Shown here: positions 1 to 9,412 of the stretch, piece by piece
Position numbering within the stretch: the first letter of the stretch is position 1
Layout of the letters: each line of letters opens with the position of its first letter
From: an uncultured Alphaproteobacteria bacterium
Lineage (GTDB): Bacteria; Pseudomonadota; Alphaproteobacteria; Methylaequorales; Methylaequoraceae
Assembly (NCBI GenBank): GCA_902536655.1
Contig: CACAYF010000001.1
Span: 39,627-103,626, forward strand
DNA: 64,000 nucleotides
Direction: 5' to 3'
Position numbers and translations under genes: made by a program
Notes under the pieces: generated by a model
Database searches by the model: none
Told to the model about the DNA's origin: nothing
Seen by the model: the letters and a program-made list of their open reading frames with translations, nothing else

Positions 1-1202
1 AAAATGGTTTTAGCTATATTGAAATAGATAGGATTAAAAAATCGCTTCTAGACCTAACCAACAGAATAATTAACTATGACACTGGTGTATGGAGAACAGA
101 TTTACAAAAAATTAAAGAGCTTCTACCTAGAAGACAACTTATCGAAAATAGTAAACTTAAAAAAGAAGATAAAATCTTTTATTTACTTGAGGATTGTAGA
201 CGTTATGGAACGCTCCCTTTTGCAGGTTTAGCACGTGTGGGCTTCATTGCAGTAGAGTTTTTAAACTCTCTTGTAAAACAAAAAATCATTTCAATGGAGG
301 ATAAACAACGATTGTTGCTATCTTTGGAGACAATAACAACTTCTTTATCCAAGGATATAATAAAGTTGAGTAAAAGAAAGTTTTTAGAAAATTATGGTCA
401 TTTACGTCCTGGAACATATGATATAAGATCAAAAAGATATGATGAAAATTATGACGCTTACTTTAAGTACCATTCAAATGCATTAGAAAATTCAACGAAG
501 AAAAGCTTTTCTCTTAGTTCAAATCAGTTAAGGTTAATTGATAAATTAATAAAAAAACATAAAATTGACTATGATGCAGAATTTTTTGTAAGGTTTATAA
601 AAAAAGGTATTGAGGCTAGAGAATATGCTAAATTTGAATTTACAAAAAATGTAAGTCTGATTCTCAAACTTCTTACTGAATTAGGAGAGAAACTAGGTCT
701 GACGAGAGACGATTGTTCTTTTATTGATATTAGGGTAATTTACGAATTGATGAACTCTAGTAAAGATATTGATTTAGTTTTAAAAAAAACTATTGAGGTC
801 GGTAAAGAAGAATTTTCAAAAACCGAGAAGTTAAATCTTCCAAGTTTAATTTTTAAAACAAATGATATATGGATTTTCTCTCAATTACCCTCAGAACCAA
901 ATTTTATAACACAAAAAAAAGTAACTGGCCAAATTCAAGTTGCTTCAGAAGATAAAGTTGACTTAGATAGGAAAATTGTTTTTATAAATAGTGCTGATCC
1001 AGGGTATGATTGGATATTTACCAAAAAAATTGGCGGCTTGGTAACGAAGTATGGGGGAGCTAATTCACATATGGCTATAAGGGCCAATGAACTTGGTATT
1101 CCGTCCGTTATAGGAGCGGGAGAACAATTCTATGATTTTTGGATAAAATATAATTTTTTATCAATAGATTGTAGCAAAAAAAAAGTTGAAATTTTATCGT
1201 GA
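1..1202 (+). CDS. PEP-utilising-enzyme family kinase, 5'-partial (frame open from window start); putative L-glutamine kinase-like (Cj1418-like)
   Basis: Frame is open from base 1. C-terminal phosphohistidine 'mobile' domain motif GGANSHMAIRANELGIPSVIGAG as in PpsA/PPDK/rifampin phosphotransferase. The 4-nt overlap with the next gene indicates an operon. Confidence 0.5.
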   Translation, partial: NGFSYIEIDRIKKSLLDLTNRIINYDTGVWRTDLQKIKELLPRRQLIENSKLKKEDKIFYLLEDCRRYGTLPFAGLARVGFIAVEFLNSLVKQKIISMEDKQRLLLSLETITTSLSKDIIKLSKRKFLENYGHLRPGTYDIRSKRYDENYDAYFKYHSNALENSTKKSFSLSSNQLRLIDKLIKKHKIDYDAEFFVRFIKKGIEAREYAKFEFTKNVSLILKLLTELGEKLGLTRDDCSFIDIRVIYELMNSSKDIDLVLKKTIEVGKEEFSKTEKLNLPSLIFKTNDIWIFSQLPSEPNFITQKKVTGQIQVASEDKVDLDRKIVFINSADPGYDWIFTKKIGGLVTKYGGANSHMAIRANELGIPSVIGAGEQFYDFWIKYNFLSIDCSKKKVEILS

Positions 1203-1786
1203 AGATAGGTATTACACAAAGAGTTATTTATAAGAATGGAAACTCAATTGATATGCTTGATGTTGGATGGGATATTTTTTTGAAAAAATGCGGATTCGAA
1301 TATGAAGTGATTTCTAATAAAGAAAAAAGTATATCCTCTAATTATTTAAGGAAATTTAAAGGTATAATTTTTAGTGGAGGAAATAGCTTGCTTTCATGTA
1401 ATGGAGACTCAGAGGAAAGAGATAAGTTAGAGAAAAAAATTTATAAGTTAGCAACTAATATGCAAATTCCTATTATTGGTGTATGCAGAGGTATGCAACT
1501 TATTCAGGAAATGCACGGTATTAAATTGTCAAGAATTTTTGGTCATGTAAAAAAAAAACAGAGATTAATAATTAATAATAAGACTACAATTACAAATAGC
1601 TACCATAATTATGGTACAAAGAAAAATGTTAAAAATCTAGTTGTATTTGCTAAAGCTTTTGATGGTGTTATTAAAGGTATATTAAGCAAAAAAAAAAAAA
1701 TAGTTGGAATTATGTGGCATCCCGAAAGAAACGACCCCTTAAGACCCTATGATATCAATCTTTTTAAAAAGATATGTTCTAAATGA
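1199..1786 (+). CDS. Class I glutamine amidotransferase-like / peptidase C26 hydrolase (Cj1417-like)
   Basis: GATase1 catalytic Cys motif IIGVCRGMQL and His in GIMWHPE; 195 aa; GTGA/ATGA overlaps on both sides. Confidence 0.55.
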   Translation: MKIGITQRVIYKNGNSIDMLDVGWDIFLKKCGFEYEVISNKEKSISSNYLRKFKGIIFSGGNSLLSCNGDSEERDKLEKKIYKLATNMQIPIIGVCRGMQLIQEMHGIKLSRIFGHVKKKQRLIINNKTTITNSYHNYGTKKNVKNLVVFAKAFDGVIKGILSKKKKIVGIMWHPERNDPLRPYDINLFKKICSK

Positions 1787-2538
1787 AATCATTGATTTTA
1801 GCGGCAGGAAGAGGAAGCAGAATTAATGAAATTACAAAAAATCATCATAAGTCACTCATCAAACTTAAAAGAAAACCACTCATTAAATGGCAAATTGATG
1901 CACTAACTAAATTTTCAATAAAAACTTGTGTTGTTACTGGTTATAATGAAAACAATATAAAAAAAAGACTAAAACAAGTTAAAAATATAACCTTCATAAA
2001 AAATAATGAATGGCAATCAAGTAATATGTTATATTCGTTACTTTGCGCTAAGAAATGGATAGATAATGATGATTTAATTGTAAGTTATTCTGATATATTT
2101 TATTCAAAATCTGCAATAGAGAGTTTGTGCCAGACAAATAGTGCTCTCTCAATTCTTTATGATCCTAACTGGCATATATTATGGAGAATGCGTTTTAATA
2201 ACCCACTAGATGATGCTGAAACTTTTAAGTTGGATAGTTTTTCGTTTTTAAGAGAAATTGGAAGTCGGCCAAAAACCATTAAAGAATGTAAAGGCCAATT
2301 TATAGGACTAATAAAAATTTCAAAAAAAGGTTGGTCTATGATTAATGAATATATCTATCTTATTAAAGATAAGATAAAAAAAATTGATACCACAACTTTC
2401 TTGAATTTCCTTATATCAAAAGGCCTAAAAATAGAAGCTGTTCCCATATCAGATACATGGGGTGAAGTTGATACATTTGATGACTATAAGCTTTATAAAA
2501 AATTGATAAGACAAGATTATTTTAAATGGATGAAATAA
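1783..2538 (+). CDS. Nucleotidyltransferase (NTP_transferase fold; putative phospho-glutamine or phospho-alcohol cytidylyltransferase, Cj1416/LicC-like)
   Basis: N-terminal MKSLILAAGRGSRI matches the G-x-G-t-R-l nucleotidyltransferase signature; 251 aa. Confidence 0.55.
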   Translation: MKSLILAAGRGSRINEITKNHHKSLIKLKRKPLIKWQIDALTKFSIKTCVVTGYNENNIKKRLKQVKNITFIKNNEWQSSNMLYSLLCAKKWIDNDDLIVSYSDIFYSKSAIESLCQTNSALSILYDPNWHILWRMRFNNPLDDAETFKLDSFSFLREIGSRPKTIKECKGQFIGLIKISKKGWSMINEYIYLIKDKIKKIDTTTFLNFLISKGLKIEAVPISDTWGEVDTFDDYKLYKKLIRQDYFKWMK

Positions 2539-2813
2539 AAAGAATTAAAGCTTTCAAGAACAAAAAACAATTTAGAGAAATTACTAATTGTTTATATAAC
2601 ATTTTATGTGTTAAAAATGCTGATCAGGCATATAAATTTTGGAATAGCTTTATGGTAGAGTGTGGATTAGAAATTTATTATAAAAAACTTGGATTAAATA
2701 ATAAAAAAATTATTACAAAAATTACAGATAACGTAAATTTAGAAAGACTTTCAAATCATCCAATGAAAATGAATATAAGTGACTTAAAAAGTATTTTTCA
2801 TGGCTTCGAATAG
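2526..2813 (+). CDS. hypothetical protein (95 aa)
   Basis: ORF only; overlaps both neighbours by ~13 nt; no recognisable motif. Confidence 0.25.
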   Translation: MDEIKRIKAFKNKKQFREITNCLYNILCVKNADQAYKFWNSFMVECGLEIYYKKLGLNNKKIITKITDNVNLERLSNHPMKMNISDLKSIFHGFE

Positions 2814-4410
2814 TATAATTTCAGTTTTAGTAGATAATTTAAGAATTGATAGTCTTTCTGAAAAAGATTTTTCCAAAAAATTTTTTCCAAATTTCTTATA
2901 TTTAAAAAAGAATGGAATTTTTAAAGAAATAATATCTAACTCAAATACCACCAAATTTGTAATGCCATCTATTTTTACCCAATCTTATCCACTTGATTAT
3001 GGTGGGTATAATTCTGTAATATCACAAAGACCTAAAAGTTTTGTTGAATTAATTAGAAATCATGGCTTTAAAACTATCATGGTTCAAGGCGATGAAAATG
3101 ACGGTCCCATGAACAATTGCGAGAGAGGTTTTGAATCAATAAGTCTTTTCTATGATTATAGAATTTTGATTTATAACTTGATAAACCGAAACATTCTTTA
3201 CGATATAGAACTCTGGGAAAAAAAAATAATAAGTAATACTGATATTAAAGCTACACTAAAAAAAAAATTAAAACCAGTACTCCAGTATTTATATGAATCG
3301 AAAAATAGGTTATGTAATTCCAATCTTTCAAAATGGCATAAGAAAGCAGATAAAAAATTAAAAACTGACATTTTATCAGAAATTGAGCTTATTAATAAAG
3401 AACCAATATTAATAGCAAAAAAAATCTTAAGAATTAATCCTGCTTTTTATATAAGTTCTTTAGGGGAGGGAATAAATTTTTCTATAACATTAAAAATTAG
3501 ATATTTTTTTTTTAAATTAAAACAAAAATTTGATGGAATTTTAAAATTTTGTTTTCCTAATTTTACTTTTTTTAAACCTCAAAAATCTGTATTAGTTGAT
3601 GATATTTTTGATTCGATTAAATCAAAAATCCCTAAAAAAGATAAATTCTTTATATACAGCCATATAATGGACCTCCATGACAGAGGATATATTAATAGAC
3701 CTATTAGATTTTTACAAAAATTGTCATTATGGCCTAAATGGATTTTAAATAAACAAACCAACAGAACGTTTGAGAGGTTTCTCTATGATGTTTCTCTACA
3801 TTTTATTGATAAAGAATTAGGAAAACTTATAAAGCTATCAAGATTAAAGTCATGCCAGTTATTTATTTTTGGAGATCATGGTTGCGACATTCACGACATA
3901 GATCAAAGAAATTTTTCAGAGATTTTTGGTTTTAGAACACATAGAGAGCATATAAACGTTCCTTTAATTATTTATAACTCTAATAATAAAATAAACAATA
4001 AAGGTTTTCACGATAGCATGAGTATCTCCGCAACAATATTAGATGAGCTAAATATAAAACCTCATAAAAGTTTTAAAGGTAGATCAGTCTATAAAATAGG
4101 AAAAAAAATTATTATTAGTGAAAATTGTGGAAGAGGTAATTGCGATGTAGAGAGAAAAGATCTTTACTTTACAATCACTAGTAAGAAATACAAAATGTTT
4201 GTGTTAATACAAAAGAATAAAATAAAAATAAAAAGACTTTATGATTTAGTAAAAGATATTGATGAAATAAATAATCTAATTAATTTAAAAAGTTTAAAAA
4301 AAGAAATTAAGACCCTTCTGTCATTTTTTATAAATGAAAGAAAAGGTCTATTAAAAAAAAGAAAAATTAAAATAAATCTGCAAAATCTTAACAACTATAT
4401 CGAGCCCTAA
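2800..4410 (+). CDS. Alkaline-phosphatase-superfamily protein (sulfatase-like fold, probably a phosphotransferase rather than a sulfatase)
   Basis: N-terminal VDNLRID...TTKFVMPSIFTQSYPLDYG aligns with the sulfatase/AP signature, but the C-x-P-x-R catalytic Cys and Arg are replaced (VMPSI) and a Thr lies nearby. DLHDRGY and GDHGCD metal-ligand motifs are present. Confidence 0.45.
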   Translation: MASNSIISVLVDNLRIDSLSEKDFSKKFFPNFLYLKKNGIFKEIISNSNTTKFVMPSIFTQSYPLDYGGYNSVISQRPKSFVELIRNHGFKTIMVQGDENDGPMNNCERGFESISLFYDYRILIYNLINRNILYDIELWEKKIISNTDIKATLKKKLKPVLQYLYESKNRLCNSNLSKWHKKADKKLKTDILSEIELINKEPILIAKKILRINPAFYISSLGEGINFSITLKIRYFFFKLKQKFDGILKFCFPNFTFFKPQKSVLVDDIFDSIKSKIPKKDKFFIYSHIMDLHDRGYINRPIRFLQKLSLWPKWILNKQTNRTFERFLYDVSLHFIDKELGKLIKLSRLKSCQLFIFGDHGCDIHDIDQRNFSEIFGFRTHREHINVPLIIYNSNNKINNKGFHDSMSISATILDELNIKPHKSFKGRSVYKIGKKIIISENCGRGNCDVERKDLYFTITSKKYKMFVLIQKNKIKIKRLYDLVKDIDEINNLINLKSLKKEIKTLLSFFINERKGLLKKRKIKINLQNLNNYIEP

Positions 4411-4414
4411 ATTT

Positions 4415-5602
4415 ATGAAAAAAAATTTTAAAATTGGGATTTTTACTTCAAGTTTTTTACCCGCAGAGGGTGGAGCCGAAATTGGTCTTCATAATTTAGC
4501 AAACTCCTTTATAAAGCAAAATTTAGATGTGACGGTAATAACTAGTTATAGACATTATTTGTCATTAAAAAAAAAACATATTGAACTTCCCTATAAGGTT
4601 ATAAGCTTTCCTCCAAAAGTATTTCATTTGCTTAGTAAATTTAATACAATCGGATATTTATATCTCAGCTTGTTTTTTGAATATTTACGAAGAAAGAAAA
4701 ATTTTGATATTTGGCATATTTCGTTCGCGTACCCTTTAGGTGTCAATGCAATAAAATATTGTATTAAAAAAAAAATTCCACACGTTATGATGTGTCACGG
4801 AGAAGATATTCAAATAAACAAATGTATAAATTATGGTATAAGAAGAGATAATAAAATAAATAAAATTATCAAATTCTGGTTGCCAAAAGCTGACATGCTG
4901 ATTGCTAACTCCGAAAGTATTATTGCGGAGTATAATAAAATCAAAGTAAAAAAAATTGAACTAATTCCTTTTGGGATAGATTTAAAAAGGGTCAATAATT
5001 ACTCAGTAAAAAAAAAAATTCGAGAACATTTTAGCATACCTGATAAAGGTATCGTTTTTTTATGTTTAGGAAGATACCACCCAAAAAAAAATTTTGAGAC
5101 AGTCATTGATTCTTTTAAAAAAATTAATTTATCCCGTAAAGGAATTCATTTAATTATTGCTGGTAATGGCGTTAATATTCTAAAGAATAAAATTTTAAAA
5201 ATTAATAGAATACATCTTTATGAACCAAATAATGTTGAAAAATTAAACTACCCATCTAGTGAAATCTATGATTTGTATTCAGCCTGTGATATTTTTATTA
5301 TGCCTTCAATAATTGAAACACAGGGTTTGGTTACAATTGAGGCGGCTTCTTTTGGATTACCAATCATTATATCAAAAGTACCTGGGAACAAAGATATTTT
5401 TAAAGAGAATCAATGTTTATATTACGATGGATCTTCTAAACAATTAATTGAGAGAATATTTTTTATATTAGAAAATAAAAAAAAAATCATTTCACTTAAA
5501 CGTTATTCTAAATTTGTTGCTAAAAAATACGATTCAAGATTAATGTCTAAAAAATATTTGAACCTTTTTTATAAACTTAAATTGTTAAAAAATATAAAAT
5601 GA
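4415..5602 (+). CDS. Glycosyltransferase family 1 (GT4-like)
   Basis: C-terminal IMPSIIETQGLVTIEAASFGLPIIISKVPG is the GT1 E-x7-E motif. Confidence 0.65.
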   Translation: MKKNFKIGIFTSSFLPAEGGAEIGLHNLANSFIKQNLDVTVITSYRHYLSLKKKHIELPYKVISFPPKVFHLLSKFNTIGYLYLSLFFEYLRRKKNFDIWHISFAYPLGVNAIKYCIKKKIPHVMMCHGEDIQINKCINYGIRRDNKINKIIKFWLPKADMLIANSESIIAEYNKIKVKKIELIPFGIDLKRVNNYSVKKKIREHFSIPDKGIVFLCLGRYHPKKNFETVIDSFKKINLSRKGIHLIIAGNGVNILKNKILKINRIHLYEPNNVEKLNYPSSEIYDLYSACDIFIMPSIIETQGLVTIEAASFGLPIIISKVPGNKDIFKENQCLYYDGSSKQLIERIFFILENKKKIISLKRYSKFVAKKYDSRLMSKKYLNLFYKLKLLKNIK

Positions 5603-6834
5603 AAATATTATATTTGTGCAGATTATTTGACGGTTTCGAAACCAGTTTACTTAAGAGGAAATGGATTCCATCAGGTGTCCCAACAATCTATAAATTAATT
5701 GAGAAATTAGATAAAGAAAATTTGGAATGTAAATTTGTCATTTCTGATTTGGGAACCGGTATTCATCGTGAGTCAATAAATCAATATGATAAAATTAGAG
5801 AATTTTCACTTGAAGGCCTTAAAAATAATCTGATATTTATTCCTGGAGAATTTTTAATAAAAAAGAAATTTAGGAATCGAATATCGAGTTTGTTTATTTT
5901 TTTTTATAGGCAAATCTCCATTTTAAATCTTGCTATTAAGTTTTCACCTGACATCATTTACGTCGATAGGGCTAATTTATTTACAGGTGCAATTTTATCA
6001 AGGTTTTTTTCTAGAAAAGTTGTTTTGAGAATTATGGGGGTTTATCCTGATATGTGGGAAATTATAAGGGAAAAAAGATATTTTTTTACTAGGTGGTTGT
6101 ATAGATCAAATTTTAGTCATGTTATCTGTACAGGAGATGGTAGTGGAGGAAAACAATGGATGGATCTTATACTCAAAGATGAAGTTAAACGTTCTGTAAT
6201 GTTAAATGGAATAGATAAAAAAAATACATTTCCAACTTCATTTATTTTGAAAAAAAGTAATAAAGTTAAAATTTTATTCATGGGTAGAATGGAAAAAATC
6301 AAGGGTATTGAGGATTTTATCGATGCTATTTCTAATTTAAAAAATGAAGTAAAAAAAAAAATAGATATTTATATTGTTGGTACAGGTTCATTGAATGATA
6401 GAGTTGATTATCTAATAAAAAGTTTTTATTTAAGTAATTTGATTACTCGCATAAAAATTATTAAGCACGATGAGATAAAAAGTTTTATAAAACAGTTTGA
6501 TATATATGTTTCAATGAATAAAGGTGGGAATATAAGTAATTCTAATATAGAGTGTTTTTATAGCGGTTTATGTTGTATTATTCCAAATAAGGACGAAAAA
6601 CTTTTTAGAGATATCGATTTAGAAAAGTATTTTCCTAAAGATTGTCTATTACGTTTGAACAACGAAAAATTAGTTGAGGATTTGACAGATAAAATTTCTA
6701 AATTAGTTTTAAATAGAAAGATAATAAAAAAATATTCTAAGAATTTAAAAAAAAAATCTTTAAAAATATTTAAAGACTGGGATTTTAGAATAAATAAAGA
6801 ATTAGATTTAATAAAAAAGATAGCTAGTCATTAA
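5599..6834 (+). CDS. Putative glycosyltransferase (GT1-like C-terminal half)
   Basis: FMGRMEKIKGIEDFIDA...IYIVGTGS pattern typical of the GT1 C-domain; weak. Confidence 0.35.
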   Translation: MKILYLCRLFDGFETSLLKRKWIPSGVPTIYKLIEKLDKENLECKFVISDLGTGIHRESINQYDKIREFSLEGLKNNLIFIPGEFLIKKKFRNRISSLFIFFYRQISILNLAIKFSPDIIYVDRANLFTGAILSRFFSRKVVLRIMGVYPDMWEIIREKRYFFTRWLYRSNFSHVICTGDGSGGKQWMDLILKDEVKRSVMLNGIDKKNTFPTSFILKKSNKVKILFMGRMEKIKGIEDFIDAISNLKNEVKKKIDIYIVGTGSLNDRVDYLIKSFYLSNLITRIKIIKHDEIKSFIKQFDIYVSMNKGGNISNSNIECFYSGLCCIIPNKDEKLFRDIDLEKYFPKDCLLRLNNEKLVEDLTDKISKLVLNRKIIKKYSKNLKKKSLKIFKDWDFRINKELDLIKKIASH

Positions 6835-7637
6835 TTATCTATTAAAAGTAAATTTTTATTTTTTAGCTTATTTTTTAAAATGATAGGCAATTTATTTAAA
6901 TAAGTTTCTCTAGAGAGATAAAACTTGTGGTGATTCAAAGAATGTTGATTTTCAACTCCATAAGATAAGAAGATGGAATATTTCGGAAAATTTCCTTTCA
7001 CGCATCCTCCCGCATGAATAAGTCTTTGGTCAAAAATTACACAATCACCTGGTTTAGTCTCAAGTTTTTTAATTTTTCTTGAGAAAAAAAAATGCCCGAG
7101 ACTGTTAGAATCAAAAAATTTTCTCCAATAATGTCTCAAATAATTCCAAAATAAAAATTCCTTTTTATTTATTATGTTTTCTTGTTTATTTGATTTAGGT
7201 AATAAAATCAATGATGAACCACTATCATTGAAATCAGTTAGATAAATTGCAACACGAACAACTTTATAGGAATTCTTTTCTTCATTCCAATCGGGACCCT
7301 CTCCAAAGTTTCTATAAGCATTATCTCTGTGAAAAGCTCCTGCAGGAAGATTTACATGGATGTCAGAATGTTGTGTGTATTTTATTTTTTCGCCAAATAT
7401 TTTTTCAATAGTGGATATTAATTTCTTATTAAATATTATCGGCCAGAATGAGCTATTTTTTGTAACTCCGTCTGGACATCCAAAGAATTTGCTAGATGAG
7501 GAGAAGTCTTTACTTAAACTAAATAATTCATTAATTTTAGCTATATAATAATTTACTTCATTTTTAGAAAAAAAGTTTTCTAAAACAAAATAACCATTTT
7601 CATCAAATTTATTTTTGATATTATTTTTATAATTCAT
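6831..7637 (-). CDS. Putative Fe(II)/2-oxoglutarate dioxygenase (PhyH-like)
   Basis: AFHRDNAY ... VIFDQRLIHAGG, a His/Asp...His-like arrangement; 268 aa; weak. Confidence 0.35.
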   Translation of the reverse strand: MNYKNNIKNKFDENGYFVLENFFSKNEVNYYIAKINELFSLSKDFSSSSKFFGCPDGVTKNSSFWPIIFNKKLISTIEKIFGEKIKYTQHSDIHVNLPAGAFHRDNAYRNFGEGPDWNEEKNSYKVVRVAIYLTDFNDSGSSLILLPKSNKQENIINKKEFLFWNYLRHYWRKFFDSNSLGHFFFSRKIKKLETKPGDCVIFDQRLIHAGGCVKGNFPKYSIFLSYGVENQHSLNHHKFYLSRETYLNKLPIILKNKLKNKNLLLIDN

Positions 7638-7762
7638 TAAACTTTTTATTATATTATCAATTAAAATTATTAAAAATAAAATCTATAACTTTATGCTCCT
7701 AGAATCACATAAGTTTATAAAGAAAATTTATTTTATTATAATTTATACTTAATATTTCAAAT

Positions 7763-9397
7763 TTGGCAATGTCACTTAATAAAATCAATAAAACCGAGGT
7801 GGTTATTTCTGATCAAACTGGTTGGTCCAAAGTAACAAAGAAAGACTATTATTATTTTTATACTGGATGTAAATCATTTGTGGATAAATTTACAAAAGAA
7901 TATTTATTAAAAAAAAGAAACGAAAATGATACTTTGGAATACCTTAAAAAATTTAATTCAAACAGTTCTTTAATTTTTAAAGGAAGAGATTTATTATTTT
8001 GTTACACAAGTTTTTCTAGAGATTATCCAATTTTCTATAAACTTATTGGAAATAAACTTGTTGTCTCAGATAATGTATACAGTATCAATGAAAATAGTGA
8101 TTCGATATATAAAGATGGTTTAAACGAATTTTTATTCTCTGGATACGTTTTAAACAATAGAACGCTAAATGAAAATATATTTTCTTTAGAACCATCTCAA
8201 ATTATTTATATAAAGAAGAATAATGAAATAACAATTAAAAATTATTTTCGTTATCATGAATTAAAAAAAAAACAACAATCCTTAAATCAGTTTTTTTTTG
8301 AGTTCAATGAGATTATAGATAACTCAATTGAGAAAATAATAGATAAATCAAATGAAGCAAAAATTTATATACCCTTGAGTGGCGGGTTAGATTCAAGATT
8401 TTTATTAGCTAAATTTTGTGAAAAAAAATATAAAAATATTGAATGTTTTTCTTATGGTTTGTCGAATAACTCAGATGCAGTTATTGCTAAGAAAGTTGCA
8501 AATCATCTTGGTATAAATTGGTCATATGTATGGTTTGAAAAGAAAAAATATAGAAAAATGTTTAATTCTAAGTTCAAACAAGATTATGATAAATTTTCTG
8601 ATCATTTTTCAACGCTGCCAAATTACCAAGAAATATTTTTTTTAAAAGATTTAAATGAAAAAAAATATTTTAAAGAAAACTCATTTATAATTAATGGACA
8701 AAGTGCAGACTTTCACACTGGACTTCACATTCCCGAAAACTTATACTTAATTGACATTGATCAGGAAAAAAAATTTGACAATAAAGAAGTAATAGCAGCA
8801 ATTATAGATAAACATTTATCACTTTGGCCAAATGAAAAAAGTAAAGAAAATTATAAACATCTTACCAATAAAATATTTTCTGGCTTAGCTGATTTGAATG
8901 ATATTTATAACTTATCCGATATCTATGAATACTGGGAATTTAAAGAAAGACAATGTAAATATATTGTAAATGGACAAAGAGCATATGATTTCATGAATAT
9001 AAAATGGTTTTTACCTTTCTGGGATTCGGAATACATTAAATTTTGGTCAACAGTCCCTTTAGAATTAAGATATAAGCAATCGCTTTATAAAAAAATTCTG
9101 AAAAAATGGGACTATTGCGGATTATTCACTAAGATTAACAAAAAAGTACAGGCATTTGAAGGAGTTGAAGATATTTTAGTAAAATCTATATCAAAAATTA
9201 CAAAAATTCTTTTTGGTAAAACCAATAGCCAAGAAATTATCAAGTATTTTGACTATTATTCAAGATATGGAAATAGTTACCAACTGTTTTCTTTATCAAT
9301 ATTTTTATTAAATAGACATAGAATAAATAATGCTTTTTCATTGCATACCAAACATTGGCTTAATTCAAATGAAAAAATTAGGGAACAATTTTCTTAA
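7763..9397 (+). CDS. PP-loop ATP pyrophosphatase, asparagine-synthase / WbpG-like N-acetyl-sugar amidotransferase (no glutaminase domain)
   Basis: SGGLDSRF PP-loop motif; no N-terminal Cys glutaminase domain. Confidence 0.5.
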   Translation: MAMSLNKINKTEVVISDQTGWSKVTKKDYYYFYTGCKSFVDKFTKEYLLKKRNENDTLEYLKKFNSNSSLIFKGRDLLFCYTSFSRDYPIFYKLIGNKLVVSDNVYSINENSDSIYKDGLNEFLFSGYVLNNRTLNENIFSLEPSQIIYIKKNNEITIKNYFRYHELKKKQQSLNQFFFEFNEIIDNSIEKIIDKSNEAKIYIPLSGGLDSRFLLAKFCEKKYKNIECFSYGLSNNSDAVIAKKVANHLGINWSYVWFEKKKYRKMFNSKFKQDYDKFSDHFSTLPNYQEIFFLKDLNEKKYFKENSFIINGQSADFHTGLHIPENLYLIDIDQEKKFDNKEVIAAIIDKHLSLWPNEKSKENYKHLTNKIFSGLADLNDIYNLSDIYEYWEFKERQCKYIVNGQRAYDFMNIKWFLPFWDSEYIKFWSTVPLELRYKQSLYKKILKKWDYCGLFTKINKKVQAFEGVEDILVKSISKITKILFGKTNSQEIIKYFDYYSRYGNSYQLFSLSIFLLNRHRINNAFSLHTKHWLNSNEKIREQFS

Positions 9398-9412
9398 TGA
9401 AAGGTTTTTAAT

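Noticed and set aside
1561-1700. Frequent A9-A11 homopolymer runs inside coding regions (for example 1561-1570, 1690-1700, 10081-10089, 11231-11240, 16735-16745), considered as slipped-strand phase-variation sites in glycan genes.
   Set aside because: They translate as in-frame Lys runs (AAA codons) in a Lys-rich proteome and are expected from composition alone. No evidence of frameshifted alleles can be obtained from a single sequence.
3579-3761. Short antisense or embedded ORFs of 60-145 aa from the six-frame track that lie inside larger, well-supported genes. Examples start at 3579, 6117, 7360, 12551, 15124, 16014-16833, 19539, 20990, 25433, 26085, 27301, 27943, 30148, 34923/34933, 35653, 36633, 37797, 39535, 40110, 41172, 42006, 43497, 45710, 48664, 49573, 52076, 53688, 54111, 54511, 55953, 57314, 60324, 60802 and 62452.
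   Set aside because: They are fully contained in, and antisense or out of frame to, genes with clear family motifs. AT-rich DNA has few stop codons on some frames. None has a recognisable motif or RBS context.
2800-4410. The AP-superfamily protein considered as an arylsulfatase.
   Set aside because: The C-x-P-x-R formylglycine motif is not conserved (VMPSI), so sulfatase chemistry is unlikely; retained only as an AP-superfamily phosphotransferase candidate.
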